Origin: an uncultured Planctomycetaceae bacterium
Lineage (GTDB): Bacteria; Planctomycetota; Phycisphaerae; SM23-33
Direction of reading: 5' to 3'
DNA: 64,000 nt
NCBI GenBank assembly: GCA_964428895.1
Contig: CAYRZU010000007.1
Location: 688-64,687 of the forward strand
Positions 43,568-53,192 of this stretch are shown here, piece after piece. The notes beneath the pieces are model-generated. The model worked only from the letters and a program-made list of their open reading frames with translations, did no database searches and was not told where the DNA came from. Every line of letters begins with the position of its first letter. Within the stretch, counting starts at the first letter, position 1. The position numbers and the translations under genes were made by a program.

Positions 43568-45319
43568 ATGGCAGATGTTTCCGACACCCCCGGCGTACCG
43601 CGTCGCGGCTGGCAGGCCGAAGTGGCCGCCATTCGCCACACGGTCGAGAGCATCGGCGTCGCCATCGTGTTGGCCTTCGTGCTGCGCGCTTTCCTGATCG
43701 AGGCGTTCGTGATCCCGACCGGCTCGATGGCGCCGAACCTGATGGGCCAGCACCGCGAATTGCTGTGCCCGCACTGCGGATGGGCGTTCGATTTCGGCTA
43801 TGTGGCCCAAGAGGAAGCTCGCCGCCAGGAACAAGCAAAGTTCCGCAGGAGCGGCTCGACGCAGACCTTGGCGATATGCCCCAATTGCCTGCGCCCCTAT
43901 CCTCGTTCGCAGACTCATTGGACCGTCCCTCGAAGCGGGGACCGGGTGCTGGTGGTCAAGTACCTCTATAACTTCGTCGATCCCGAACCGTGGGACGTAG
44001 TGGTCTTCCGCAACCCCCAGAATAACCGGGAGAACTTCATTAAGCGGCTGGTGGGCCTGCCCGGGGAGACCATCGAGATCCTTCGCGGCGATCTCTGGTT
44101 CAAGGCGCCCGAATCGGGCCAGTGGGACATTCGCCGAAAGCCCCCCGACGTCCAGGAGGCCATGTGGGACGTCGTCTTCGACAACGACTATCCCCCCAAG
44201 TCCAATAGCGATTATCGCCCCGTGCGCAAGTATCCGGCGCGGGGGTGGTTCGCGGCCGTCGGAGACGAAACCAGTTGGGACCTCCAAGGCGACCAGGGCC
44301 GACGCTTCCGGTTCAACGGTCACGGTGACGCCGCGTCGCTGGCTTTCGAGCCCGGGAATGGCAACTTTTTCCCCTTCTTCGCCTACAATTACAACCCTCA
44401 AGACCGGTCCCGGGTCAGCCACGACTACAATGCCGGGATCTGCTCGGACCTGAAGCTCTCGGTCGTCTTCATGCCCCAGGCCGACGACAGCCGTCTCTTG
44501 CTCCGGCTGGAGGCCCTGGATCACGCCTTCGTCGCCGAGGTGGCCGCTGACGGGGCCGTTCGGCTCTGGCAGAGAGATCGAGACGGTCTGCCGGCCAATC
44601 AGCCCTCCTCCGATCGGCCCACGAAAGATACCTGGCAGCTGTGGGGACAGACATCCGTATCTCCCATCCGGCCCGGGACAGGACGCCAGATTGCCCTGGT
44701 CAACGCCGACTACCAGGCCCAGGTCTGGGTGGACGGGAAGGTGGTTCTGGAATCGACCGACGAGCAATACCCGGCCGACCGTGACGCCCTCCTGAAGCGT
44801 CTGACCGGCGAGGCCCTGCAGGCCAATCCTCTGCGGCCGACCTGGGTGTCCTTAGCGGCCGAGGGCGGCCCCAGCGACCTGCTCCACCTCCGGCTGGACC
44901 GTGACGTCTACTACACCTATCATGGACTGCTCCCCCCGGAACATCCCACCAACATCTACGCCAAGGCGCATCCGATTTACGGCGGTCGGAGGAATTGGAA
45001 GGGCCAGCCGGGCTGGGGGGTTGCCGGCAACCCAATAACTATCCCCGAAGACAGTTTTTACGTCCTTGGCGACAACAGCCCCGCCAGCTTCGATTCGCGA
45101 GGCTGGACGCAAGTAGCCCCCACGGTTACGCCCGCGGCCTCGGATCCCGAAGCCTACAAGCTCGATCCATCGGCTTGGACCTACAAGTTGGGAACCGTCC
45201 CGCGACGAAACATGATCGGCAAGGCCGTGTTCGTGTACTGGCCGGCGGGCTTCTCCGCGCCGCTTCTGCCCAACTTGCCGCTGGTGCCCAATGTGGGTAG
45301 AATGCGGCTGATTCGCTAG
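43568..45319 (+). CDS. lepB: Signal peptidase I (LepB), unusually long, with a Cys4 insertion
   Basis: ATG 43568 with an AAGGTGG Shine-Dalgarno. Box B is IPTGSMAPNL and box E is YVLGDNSPASFDSRGW. A CPHCGW...CPNC insertion sits between the boxes. Total 583 aa. Confidence 0.8.
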   Translation: MADVSDTPGVPRRGWQAEVAAIRHTVESIGVAIVLAFVLRAFLIEAFVIPTGSMAPNLMGQHRELLCPHCGWAFDFGYVAQEEARRQEQAKFRRSGSTQTLAICPNCLRPYPRSQTHWTVPRSGDRVLVVKYLYNFVDPEPWDVVVFRNPQNNRENFIKRLVGLPGETIEILRGDLWFKAPESGQWDIRRKPPDVQEAMWDVVFDNDYPPKSNSDYRPVRKYPARGWFAAVGDETSWDLQGDQGRRFRFNGHGDAASLAFEPGNGNFFPFFAYNYNPQDRSRVSHDYNAGICSDLKLSVVFMPQADDSRLLLRLEALDHAFVAEVAADGAVRLWQRDRDGLPANQPSSDRPTKDTWQLWGQTSVSPIRPGTGRQIALVNADYQAQVWVDGKVVLESTDEQYPADRDALLKRLTGEALQANPLRPTWVSLAAEGGPSDLLHLRLDRDVYYTYHGLLPPEHPTNIYAKAHPIYGGRRNWKGQPGWGVAGNPITIPEDSFYVLGDNSPASFDSRGWTQVAPTVTPAASDPEAYKLDPSAWTYKLGTVPRRNMIGKAVFVYWPAGFSAPLLPNLPLVPNVGRMRLIR

Positions 45320-45681
45320 ATATGGCTGGAACTGGCCTGGTAGGACGACCGTCAGACCGACCCAGCAATCTGAAAGGTTATGCACAAGCGACTTTTCCGG
45401 ACTCAAAGGGCCGACCTTCAGTGAATTCCGTAGCCAACCATCGGTCCTGAACGGGCCCGACGGATGGAAACGAGAAACGCACAAATCGGCAAATCTAGGC
45501 AACCCAATATATTCCAATGGATTATATGCTCAACAGGCCTGTGCACATTCCGGGAGCCAACAACCTGTGCGGCCCGGTTTGCCCTGGGATGTCCCCGCTC
45601 TTGCGGGCGTGCCGGGCAGCTCATGTGAGTTGTACACAGGTTTTCCACAGGGCCGATAGGTCGTAATCTGGGCGAGAAATT

Positions 45682-46416
45682 ATGATTCTTTTGCAGGCCA
45701 AAGGCTTGGTGAAGCGGTACAGCGGACGAACGGTCGTCGACAATGTGTCTCTGACGGTCAATCAGGGCGAAATCGTCGGTTTGCTCGGCCGAAATGGCGC
45801 CGGCAAGACAACCAGTTTCCGGATGGTCATCGGCATGGTCACCCCCAACGCCGGCCGCGTCACCTTTGACGGCGTCGACGTGACCGGCATGCCCATGTAC
45901 AAGCGGGCCCGTCGGGGAATCGGCTATCTGTCCCAGGAGCCCAGCATCTTCCAGCGGCTGACCGTGCGGGACAACATCATGGCCATTCTGGAACTGATGC
46001 CGCTGCCCAAGGCCGCCCGAAACGAACGCTGCGACCATCTGCTCGAGCAGTTCAGCCTCTCCCACGTATCTCGCCAACTGGCCCGGACGCTCTCCGGCGG
46101 CGAGCGGCGGAAGCTGGAAATCGCCCGCGCCCTGGTGACCAATCCTACCATGATCCTGCTGGATGAGCCCTTCTCCGGCGTGGACCCCATTGCCGTCGGC
46201 GATCTTCAGCATGAGATTCGGGCTCTGCGGGACAGGGGAATCAGCATTCTGCTGACCGACCACAATGTCCGCGAGACCCTCACCGTCACTGACCGTACCT
46301 ACATCATCGATAACGGCCAGGTGCTCCGGGAAGGCCCGCCCCAGGAGTTGATCAACGACGATTTGGTCCGGCGGACCTATCTGGGAGCGACGTTCCGCGG
46401 AGACGAATTCGATTAA
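45682..46416 (+). CDS. lptB: LPS export ABC transporter ATP-binding protein LptB
   Basis: Walker A GRNGAGKTT. The YLSQEPSIFQ motif is typical of LptB. Signature motif LSGGERRKLEIARAL. 244 aa. Confidence 0.85.
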   Translation: MILLQAKGLVKRYSGRTVVDNVSLTVNQGEIVGLLGRNGAGKTTSFRMVIGMVTPNAGRVTFDGVDVTGMPMYKRARRGIGYLSQEPSIFQRLTVRDNIMAILELMPLPKAARNERCDHLLEQFSLSHVSRQLARTLSGGERRKLEIARALVTNPTMILLDEPFSGVDPIAVGDLQHEIRALRDRGISILLTDHNVRETLTVTDRTYIIDNGQVLREGPPQELINDDLVRRTYLGATFRGDEFD

Positions 46417-47510
46417 TCCGCCGGCGGCTGGGGGATCGGCAGCGACAGGATCACGCGCGCGCCCTGGCCCGGCTCGGACTCGACCGTCAGCGATCCGGCC
46501 ATATCACTGATGATGCCGTGGACCACCGACAGGCCCAAGCCGATGTGGCTGTCGCTGGACCCGCCCGCCAAGACCCCCTTGGTCGTCACGAACGGCTCGG
46601 TCACGTGCGGCAGGATGTCCGCGTTGATCCCGCACCCAGTGTCCGAAATCGTCACCACCACGTGCCCCTCGACGCACTCGGCGGTGATGTCGATGGAGCC
46701 GCCGTCGGCAATCGCTTCTTCGGCGTTGGCCAACAGCCGCCGGAGCACATGATACATCCGAGCGGAACTAACGGGCATGACCGGAATCCGATCGACGTCC
46801 ATTCTCAATTCGATGCCGCGTTCGGCCAACGTCCGTTCGCTCATATGACCGAACGTCAGCAGGACTTCGGTCAGGTCGGACAGGTCTCCCTGGCCGTCGT
46901 CCTGCTCGGCGAAACTCAACAACCCGCTGGTCAGTTTGGTCGCGCGGGAGACGGCCTCGTTGGTCATCTGCAGGGCCCGGCGCATGACCGTCGGATCGTC
47001 GCTGGTCAGCGCGAAATCGACGAACGTCGCCACCCCGCCCAGGATATTGTTGAAGTGATGCGCCACCCCACCGGCCAAAGTCCCCAACGACGCCAGCCGC
47101 TTACTCTTGGCGCGACGCTCCGCCAACTGCCGGGGCTTGCTCTGATCGACAATCCACGCCACCAGGCCGAGGGTCTCGCCGGCGTCGTCCCGCAACGGGG
47201 CGACCGTTACCAGCAGCGGCGTCCGCGAACGTTGCACCGTCCAGGCCAGCAACTCGAACTGCTGAGTGTGCCCGTCAGCCAGGATCGCATCCAGTTGGGT
47301 CTGGAACTCATCCTGTAACGGCGGGGACACGATCGACGCCAACGGGCTCCCCAGGGCCTCGCCGACATCCGCACCAAACAACTGACCCGCCGCCTGCGAC
47401 CAGAAGATGATCCGCCCCTCGCGGTCCGCCGCAATCAACGCCGCCGCCGTCTGACAAATCAGACGGTATATCTCCGGCGACAACTGCGGATGTGATGGGT
47501 CATCGCTCAC
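46413..47510 (-). CDS. PAS-domain sensor histidine kinase (cytoplasmic)
   Basis: An N-terminal PAS domain, an H-box (HHFNNILGGV) and HATPase_c G-boxes (DTGCGI, GLGLSVVHGI). GTG start with an AAGGAA Shine-Dalgarno. Confidence 0.8.
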   Translation of the reverse strand: MSDDPSHPQLSPEIYRLICQTAAALIAADREGRIIFWSQAAGQLFGADVGEALGSPLASIVSPPLQDEFQTQLDAILADGHTQQFELLAWTVQRSRTPLLVTVAPLRDDAGETLGLVAWIVDQSKPRQLAERRAKSKRLASLGTLAGGVAHHFNNILGGVATFVDFALTSDDPTVMRRALQMTNEAVSRATKLTSGLLSFAEQDDGQGDLSDLTEVLLTFGHMSERTLAERGIELRMDVDRIPVMPVSSARMYHVLRRLLANAEEAIADGGSIDITAECVEGHVVVTISDTGCGINADILPHVTEPFVTTKGVLAGGSSDSHIGLGLSVVHGIISDMAGSLTVESEPGQGARVILSLPIPQPPAD

Positions 47511-47565
47511 GTGAAGCGGTTCCTTGCCTTGAAATGTCGCGCAGCCGCGTGGTGGGCTGCGCCGG

Positions 47566-48384
47566 TCACATCTTAACGACTTCCGGAAACAGAACCAGCA
47601 GCGTTGCCACTGGCATGCCGCCTTTGTCCTTGATAAAGAACCGATGACCGATGCTCGTCGCCCGCTCGGCCCGATGGCCCGGGCCCACCAGCAGGAATTG
47701 ACCTTGGGCCATTCGCGTTTGGAACGTCATCATGTCCAATCCCACCACCCGGTATTGATTGCTCAGTAAGGCGCCGTCGCCTGGGGCGCCGGTCCCCACC
47801 TGCCGTCGTCTGCCTCGCACCTGAGGCTGACAGGCCAGATGCATCTCGCTGGGGTCGTCCGGATCGAAGGCGCACATCAACGCCAACAGGTACTCTCCCG
47901 CCGGAAAGTCGAGCCCGCTGATCGTCTGGTCGGCATGAACGGCGAACACCGTGGCCGCCGGCTGCCGCTCCTTGACCGCCAGCGTAATGGGTTGGTTAGC
48001 GTTGTTGATGGCCAGGGCCTCGGTGATCTGTCGACCCGCCAGCCGCTTCAGCTCGGCCGCCACCTCCGGCCAGCTCTCTGCCGTGCCCAGCCCCGCCCGC
48101 ATGCCGTTGGCTGATAAGGAGCCCGATTCCTTCGCCGTCAGTAATGATTCGTCCACCATCCCCCACACATTCTCGACCGCCCGATTGCTGAACGGAAGCT
48201 CCACCACCATCACGCGGATCTGAACGAAATGCACCCCGGCCAGGGCCTCCTTCCGCTCGGCCGAACGGGCCGCCATCCAATCCCGCTCGGGGTCGTCTTC
48301 CACGGTGGGCCCACAGCCCGCCACCACCCACGCCGCGAGCAAGACCCACGCGATCCACCGGCGTTGTGCCCAGCGTCCGATCAT
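47566..48384 (-). CDS. Hypothetical lipoprotein
   Basis: Signal peptide plus lipobox (LLAAWVVAGCG). 272 aa, no recognised domain. Confidence 0.55.
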   Translation of the reverse strand: MIGRWAQRRWIAWVLLAAWVVAGCGPTVEDDPERDWMAARSAERKEALAGVHFVQIRVMVVELPFSNRAVENVWGMVDESLLTAKESGSLSANGMRAGLGTAESWPEVAAELKRLAGRQITEALAINNANQPITLAVKERQPAATVFAVHADQTISGLDFPAGEYLLALMCAFDPDDPSEMHLACQPQVRGRRRQVGTGAPGDGALLSNQYRVVGLDMMTFQTRMAQGQFLLVGPGHRAERATSIGHRFFIKDKGGMPVATLLVLFPEVVKM

Positions 48385-48393
48385 CGGTCGCCC

Positions 48394-49092
48394 TTACTCC
48401 TCCGACGGCGTCGGCAAGACCACCGTGGAAACCTGCTGTTTCAGCGGGCGATAGCCGCGAGCGAACTTCGCCCCCACCACCAGCGCGATCAGCAGCGCCA
48501 CCACCGGATAAGCCAGGAATCGCGCGAAGTAGTACACACAGGCACGCAGCGGCGCTTCCTCGACCTGCCAAGACGGTTTGAGTTGGACCAGTTGGTCCAG
48601 GTTGAACGTCGCCCCGCACACCACGGCCGAACTGAGAATCTGCTGCCACGGAATCAGCGCCACGAACAACAGCAGCGACCAGTAGAACGCGCTGATGAAC
48701 CCCGCCGGGCCGCCCACGCGGCCGACCAGCGACAGCTTCACGCTGAACATCACCGTTAACACCAACAGTAGGCTCGACACTAGGGCAATGAACTTCGTTG
48801 TCGGCAGGGCCCAGTGGAGCGATTCGTACCATAGCTCGGAGGTCTCGTCGCCGGCGGCAACTTGCGTGGTCGGCTGCGTGGTCGGCTCGGCCGGCGACAG
48901 CGCCTCGGCGCGCTTGGCCTTGAGTTCCGCCACGCGATCGGTCTTGTCCAATACGCCGACGAAGTCCACCAGCACGAACGCCGCCAGCTGCACCAGCAAA
49001 CACACCACGATGAACAGGAGCAACCAACACTTGGCGGATCGAAGCGACCGCAGGGCCTCGGGAAACTCGATTGGATTGATGGGCTGGGTCAT
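48394..49092 (-). CDS. Hypothetical integral membrane protein
   Basis: Start at ATG 49090-49092 (MTQPINPIEF...) with an AAAGGAA Shine-Dalgarno. About 4 transmembrane helices. Confidence 0.55.
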   Translation of the reverse strand: MTQPINPIEFPEALRSLRSAKCWLLLFIVVCLLVQLAAFVLVDFVGVLDKTDRVAELKAKRAEALSPAEPTTQPTTQVAAGDETSELWYESLHWALPTTKFIALVSSLLLVLTVMFSVKLSLVGRVGGPAGFISAFYWSLLLFVALIPWQQILSSAVVCGATFNLDQLVQLKPSWQVEEAPLRACVYYFARFLAYPVVALLIALVVGAKFARGYRPLKQQVSTVVLPTPSEE

Positions 49093-49191
49093 CGTGTGTT
49101 CCTTTCGGCGCCGCCGGCCTCGCGCCGCGGCGCGGCTATCCTCAACGTCACCTTTATCGGCAACAACCACACGCTGTGTCTATGATTTCGC

Positions 49192-51981
49192 TCACTTGAC
49201 CACCAGGTTGACCAGACGACCGGGCACCACGATGCGCTTGACGATCTCTTTGCCCTCGACCGCCGCGGCGACCTTCGAATCCTTCAACGCCAGCTCCACC
49301 GTGGCGGTCTCATCGGCGCCGGCCGGCATGGTCACCCGGGACTTCATCTTGCCGTTGACCTGAACCGCCATGTCCACAGTTTCTTCGGCCAACAGGGCCT
49401 CATCAAACTCGGGCCACGGTTCGTAGGCGACCGTCTCGTCATGCCCGAGCCGCTGCCACAGCTCCTCACCGATATGCGGGGCCAGCGGCGACAGCACCAG
49501 CACAAACCGCTCCGCTTGGTCGGGCGTCAGTCGCCCGACTTTGGTGGCGGTATTGACGAACTCCATCATCGCCGCGATGGCGGTGTTGAACTTCATCGCT
49601 TCCATGTCTTCGCCGACCTTCTTGATCAGCTTGTGCAACGCCTGCTCGACGTCGGCGTCCGGGTCCCCCTCGGCCAGGATCGCCGCGACGTTGTCATCCC
49701 CGGCCACCATTCGCCACACGCGTTGCAGGAACCGAAACACGCCGGGCACATCCTGGGTGTTCCACGGCTTGGAGACTTCCAATGGGCCCATGAACATCTC
49801 GTACAACCGGAACGTGTCGGCCCCGTATTCGGCGATGACCTCATCCGGGTTAACCACGTTCTTGAGGCTCTTGGACATCTTCTCCACGGACTCGGTCAAT
49901 TCCTCGCCCGTGGTCTTGTGACGCAACGTCTCGCCGGAGCGGTCTACGTCCTCCGGACTGATGTAGACGCCCCGCTGATCGCGGTAGGCGAAGCTGCGAA
50001 TCATGCCCTGGTTGAACAGCCGCCCAAACGGCTCGGCCGTGGCGACGTGCCCCAGATCGAACAACACCTTGTGCCAGAACCGCGCGTACAGCAGGTGCAG
50101 CACCGCGTGTTCGGCCCCGCCCACGTAGAGATCGATCCCGCCGGCCGGGTTGGCCTCGCTGGCGGCCATCCAGTAGTCCTGAATAGCCGGATCGCACAGC
50201 AATTGGTCGTTCTTGGGATCGCAGAATCGCAGGTAATACCAGCAACTGCCCGCCCATTGCGGCATGGCGTTCAGTTCGCGCCTGGCCGGGGCGCCGCAGG
50301 CCGGGCAGGTCGTGTCGACCCAGTCGGTCGCCTTCCCGAGCGGCGGCTGGGGCGGCGCGTCGGGGTCGTCGCTGCTGGCGGGCGTGAAATCGTCCATCTC
50401 CGGAAGGACCAACGGAAGCTGGTCTTCCGGAACGCCCACGATGCCGCAGGAGTCGCAATGAATGATCGGGAACGGTTCACCCCAGTATCGCTGACGGCTG
50501 AACAGCCAGTCCCGAAGCTTGTAGTTGACCGCGAACTCACCCAGTTCGTGTTCTTCCAGCCACGCGGTGATCTGCTGCTTGAACTCGGCCGTCGACAGCC
50601 CGTCGAATCGCCCGGAGTTAATCGCCACGCCGTCGCCCACGTACCCGCGCCAATCCTCGCCAGCCGGCGGCCCGACCACCTGCACGATCGGCAGCTCGAA
50701 CTTGGTCGCGAACTCGAAGTCGCGCGTGTCGTGGGCGGGCACGGCCATGATGGCGCCCGTGCCGTAGCCCATCATTACGTAGTCGGCCACCCAGATCGGA
50801 ATCTTCTCATCGTTGACCGGGTTGATCGCGTAGGCGCCGGTCCATTGACCGGACTTGTCCTTACTGTCGGCGGTGCGCTCCAGTTCGCTCTTGTGGGCAG
50901 CCACGTCGACATAGGCCCTGACCGCTTCTCGACGGTCATCGGTCGTGATCGTCGCCACCAGCGGATGCTCCGGCGCCAACACCATGTAGGTCGCCCCGAA
51001 CAGCGTGTCCGGCCGCGTGGTAAACACACCAATGATCTCGTCGGACCCGTCGATGGCGAAATCCACCTCCGCCCCCTCGGACCGGCCGATCCAATTCCGC
51101 TGCATGATCTTGATCGGCTCGGGCCAGTTGACGGTCTCGATGTCTTCCAGCAGCCGGTCGGCGTAGGCCGTAATCCGAAGCATCCACTGTCGCATCGCCC
51201 GTCGATACACCGGGTGGTCGCCGCGGTCGCTACGACCGTCGTTGGTCACTTCCTCATTGGCCAGCACCGTCCCCAGCTTGGGACACCAATTGACGGGTAC
51301 TTCATCCATGTAGGCCAGGCGCTGACCATCGATGACGGCCCGTTGCTGCTCGAGATTGAGTTCGCCGAAGGTGCTGGTCCCGTCGGCCGAGCCGACCAGG
51401 CTCGATATCCGTTCTGCTTGAGAGGTCGTGACCAGTTCGCCAAACAGATCGACCCGAATCATTCCGGACTGAAGCTCTTGGATGAGTTCCTCGATCGGGC
51501 GGGCCGCTTTGGCCTTGGGATCGTACCAACTGTTGAACAACTGCAGGAAGATCCACTGCGTCCAGCGGTAGTAGTCCGGGTCGGTGGTGGCCAACCGCCG
51601 CGACCAATCGTAGCTGAACCCGAACATCTTGATCTGCCGCTCGATGTTGGCAATGTTTGTGGCCGTGGTCTCTCGCGGGTGCACGCCGTGCTCCACCGCG
51701 TATTGCTCTGCCGGCAGGCCGAACGAATCGTAGCCCATTGGGTGCAGAACGTTAAACCCCTTCATCCGCGAGTAGCGGCAGACGATGTCCGTGGCGGTGT
51801 AGCCTTCCGGGTGCCCCACGTGCAGGCCCGCGCCCGACGGATAAGGGAACATGTCCAGCACGTACCGTTTGGGCCGATCCACGAAGCCGGCCTCGCCCGG
51901 GTTGGGCTGGCGGAAGGTCTCGTTGGCGGCCCAATACTCCTGCCACTTGCTCTCGATCGCGGTAAAATCGTACCCAGCCAT
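49192..51981 (-). CDS. leuS: Leucine--tRNA ligase
   Basis: 929 aa. The HIGH motif is PYPSGAGLHVGH and the KMSKS motif is present. It has the LeuS-specific editing-domain architecture. Confidence 0.95.
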   Translation of the reverse strand: MAGYDFTAIESKWQEYWAANETFRQPNPGEAGFVDRPKRYVLDMFPYPSGAGLHVGHPEGYTATDIVCRYSRMKGFNVLHPMGYDSFGLPAEQYAVEHGVHPRETTATNIANIERQIKMFGFSYDWSRRLATTDPDYYRWTQWIFLQLFNSWYDPKAKAARPIEELIQELQSGMIRVDLFGELVTTSQAERISSLVGSADGTSTFGELNLEQQRAVIDGQRLAYMDEVPVNWCPKLGTVLANEEVTNDGRSDRGDHPVYRRAMRQWMLRITAYADRLLEDIETVNWPEPIKIMQRNWIGRSEGAEVDFAIDGSDEIIGVFTTRPDTLFGATYMVLAPEHPLVATITTDDRREAVRAYVDVAAHKSELERTADSKDKSGQWTGAYAINPVNDEKIPIWVADYVMMGYGTGAIMAVPAHDTRDFEFATKFELPIVQVVGPPAGEDWRGYVGDGVAINSGRFDGLSTAEFKQQITAWLEEHELGEFAVNYKLRDWLFSRQRYWGEPFPIIHCDSCGIVGVPEDQLPLVLPEMDDFTPASSDDPDAPPQPPLGKATDWVDTTCPACGAPARRELNAMPQWAGSCWYYLRFCDPKNDQLLCDPAIQDYWMAASEANPAGGIDLYVGGAEHAVLHLLYARFWHKVLFDLGHVATAEPFGRLFNQGMIRSFAYRDQRGVYISPEDVDRSGETLRHKTTGEELTESVEKMSKSLKNVVNPDEVIAEYGADTFRLYEMFMGPLEVSKPWNTQDVPGVFRFLQRVWRMVAGDDNVAAILAEGDPDADVEQALHKLIKKVGEDMEAMKFNTAIAAMMEFVNTATKVGRLTPDQAERFVLVLSPLAPHIGEELWQRLGHDETVAYEPWPEFDEALLAEETVDMAVQVNGKMKSRVTMPAGADETATVELALKDSKVAAAVEGKEIVKRIVVPGRLVNLVVK

Positions 51982-52208
51982 CCCTGCGCCTCGATGCGTC
52001 TACCCAAACGTCGTCTGCCCGCGCTCCGGCGCACGGACCTCGATTGTCCATGGTACACATTGGCGCACCGCCGACCAGACCAAAGATTCCGCATTGCCCG
52101 AACCCCCCCGGCCTCGCGGGCGTAACACATTCGGCAATCGGCCATGGGGCCGGAATCATCTCTGTCGCTCCTCATCCCGCGCGGCGAGGCGACAGACGGA
52201 GTCAACAC

Positions 52209-53192
52209 GTGCTTGCCAACTACTTCCTCGGATTGCTCGATTATCAGGCGCTGGTCTTGATGGGCGTTGCCGTCTTCGTCATGGCCGCCGGATGCGCCGC
52301 CACCGTGGTCTTGGCGCGCCGGGCCTACCTGGCCGTCCGCCGCACGCCCGCCCGCCTCAGTCACCGTTGGCTGCGGTGGACCGAGCGCGCCATCATTGCC
52401 GTTGCCGCGCTCGGCCTGGTCTGCGCCGCTTACGGATGGCTGATCGAGCCCTATTGGCTCGACGTGACCGAAACCACCGTAACAACCCCTAAGCTCCCGG
52501 CCGGAGCCGAACCCATCCGCATCGTCCACATCAGTGACTTGCACTGCGACCCCAAGAAACGATTGGAGGATGAGGTGGTCGAAGCGGTTCGCCGGCTTCG
52601 CCCGGACGTCATCTGCTTCACCGGCGACGCCCTCAATAGCTCCGGCGGCATCGAGAATTTTCGGGCCTGCATGACCAGCGTGGCCCAGATCGCCCCGACC
52701 TATGCCGTCCACGGCAACTGGGAGAGTCACGAGCGCCTCCGCTATCTCGACCTTTATGGCGGCACGGGCGTCCGTGTCCTCAATGACCGACCGACGCGTC
52801 TGAGGGTGCGTGGCCAGCCGTTGAACGTTGTCGGCATCCGCCATCAATCGCGCTTGCAGGCGGGGTTGGTCAAGGCCATGACCGGCGTCGACACGAGTGT
52901 GCCTACTATCCTCCTCTGCCACGTCCCCAGTGTGGCCCTCAATCTGCCCGGGACCGGCATCGACCTGGCCCTGTCCGGCCACACCCATGGCGGACAGATT
53001 GCCCTACCGTTCTACGGCGCCCTGGTCACCCTGACCTCCACCGGCAAGCGTTTCGAGCGCGGCCTCTACAATCACCAAGACACCCATCTCTACGTCAGCC
53101 GCGGCATCGGTATGGAAGGCGGCCCGGCCCCACGCGTGCGCTTCTTTGCGCGGCCGGAGGTCACGCTGATCGAACTCTCGCCGGCCCCTTAG
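52209..53192 (+). CDS. Membrane-anchored metallophosphoesterase (calcineurin-like)
   Basis: Motifs VHISDLHCD, GDALN, HGNWE and GHTHGGQ. Two N-terminal transmembrane helices. The start is uncertain: GTG 52209 has a GACGGAG Shine-Dalgarno, while the track ORF begins at 52044. Confidence 0.7.
   Translation: MLANYFLGLLDYQALVLMGVAVFVMAAGCAATVVLARRAYLAVRRTPARLSHRWLRWTERAIIAVAALGLVCAAYGWLIEPYWLDVTETTVTTPKLPAGAEPIRIVHISDLHCDPKKRLEDEVVEAVRRLRPDVICFTGDALNSSGGIENFRACMTSVAQIAPTYAVHGNWESHERLRYLDLYGGTGVRVLNDRPTRLRVRGQPLNVVGIRHQSRLQAGLVKAMTGVDTSVPTILLCHVPSVALNLPGTGIDLALSGHTHGGQIALPFYGALVTLTSTGKRFERGLYNHQDTHLYVSRGIGMEGGPAPRVRFFARPEVTLIELSPAP

Noticed and set aside
42926-44767. 613-aa minus-strand ORF covering pyrE and most of lepB
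   Set aside because: pyrE (a different minus-strand frame) and lepB (plus strand) both carry unambiguous catalytic motifs. The long ORF is a GC-skew artefact.
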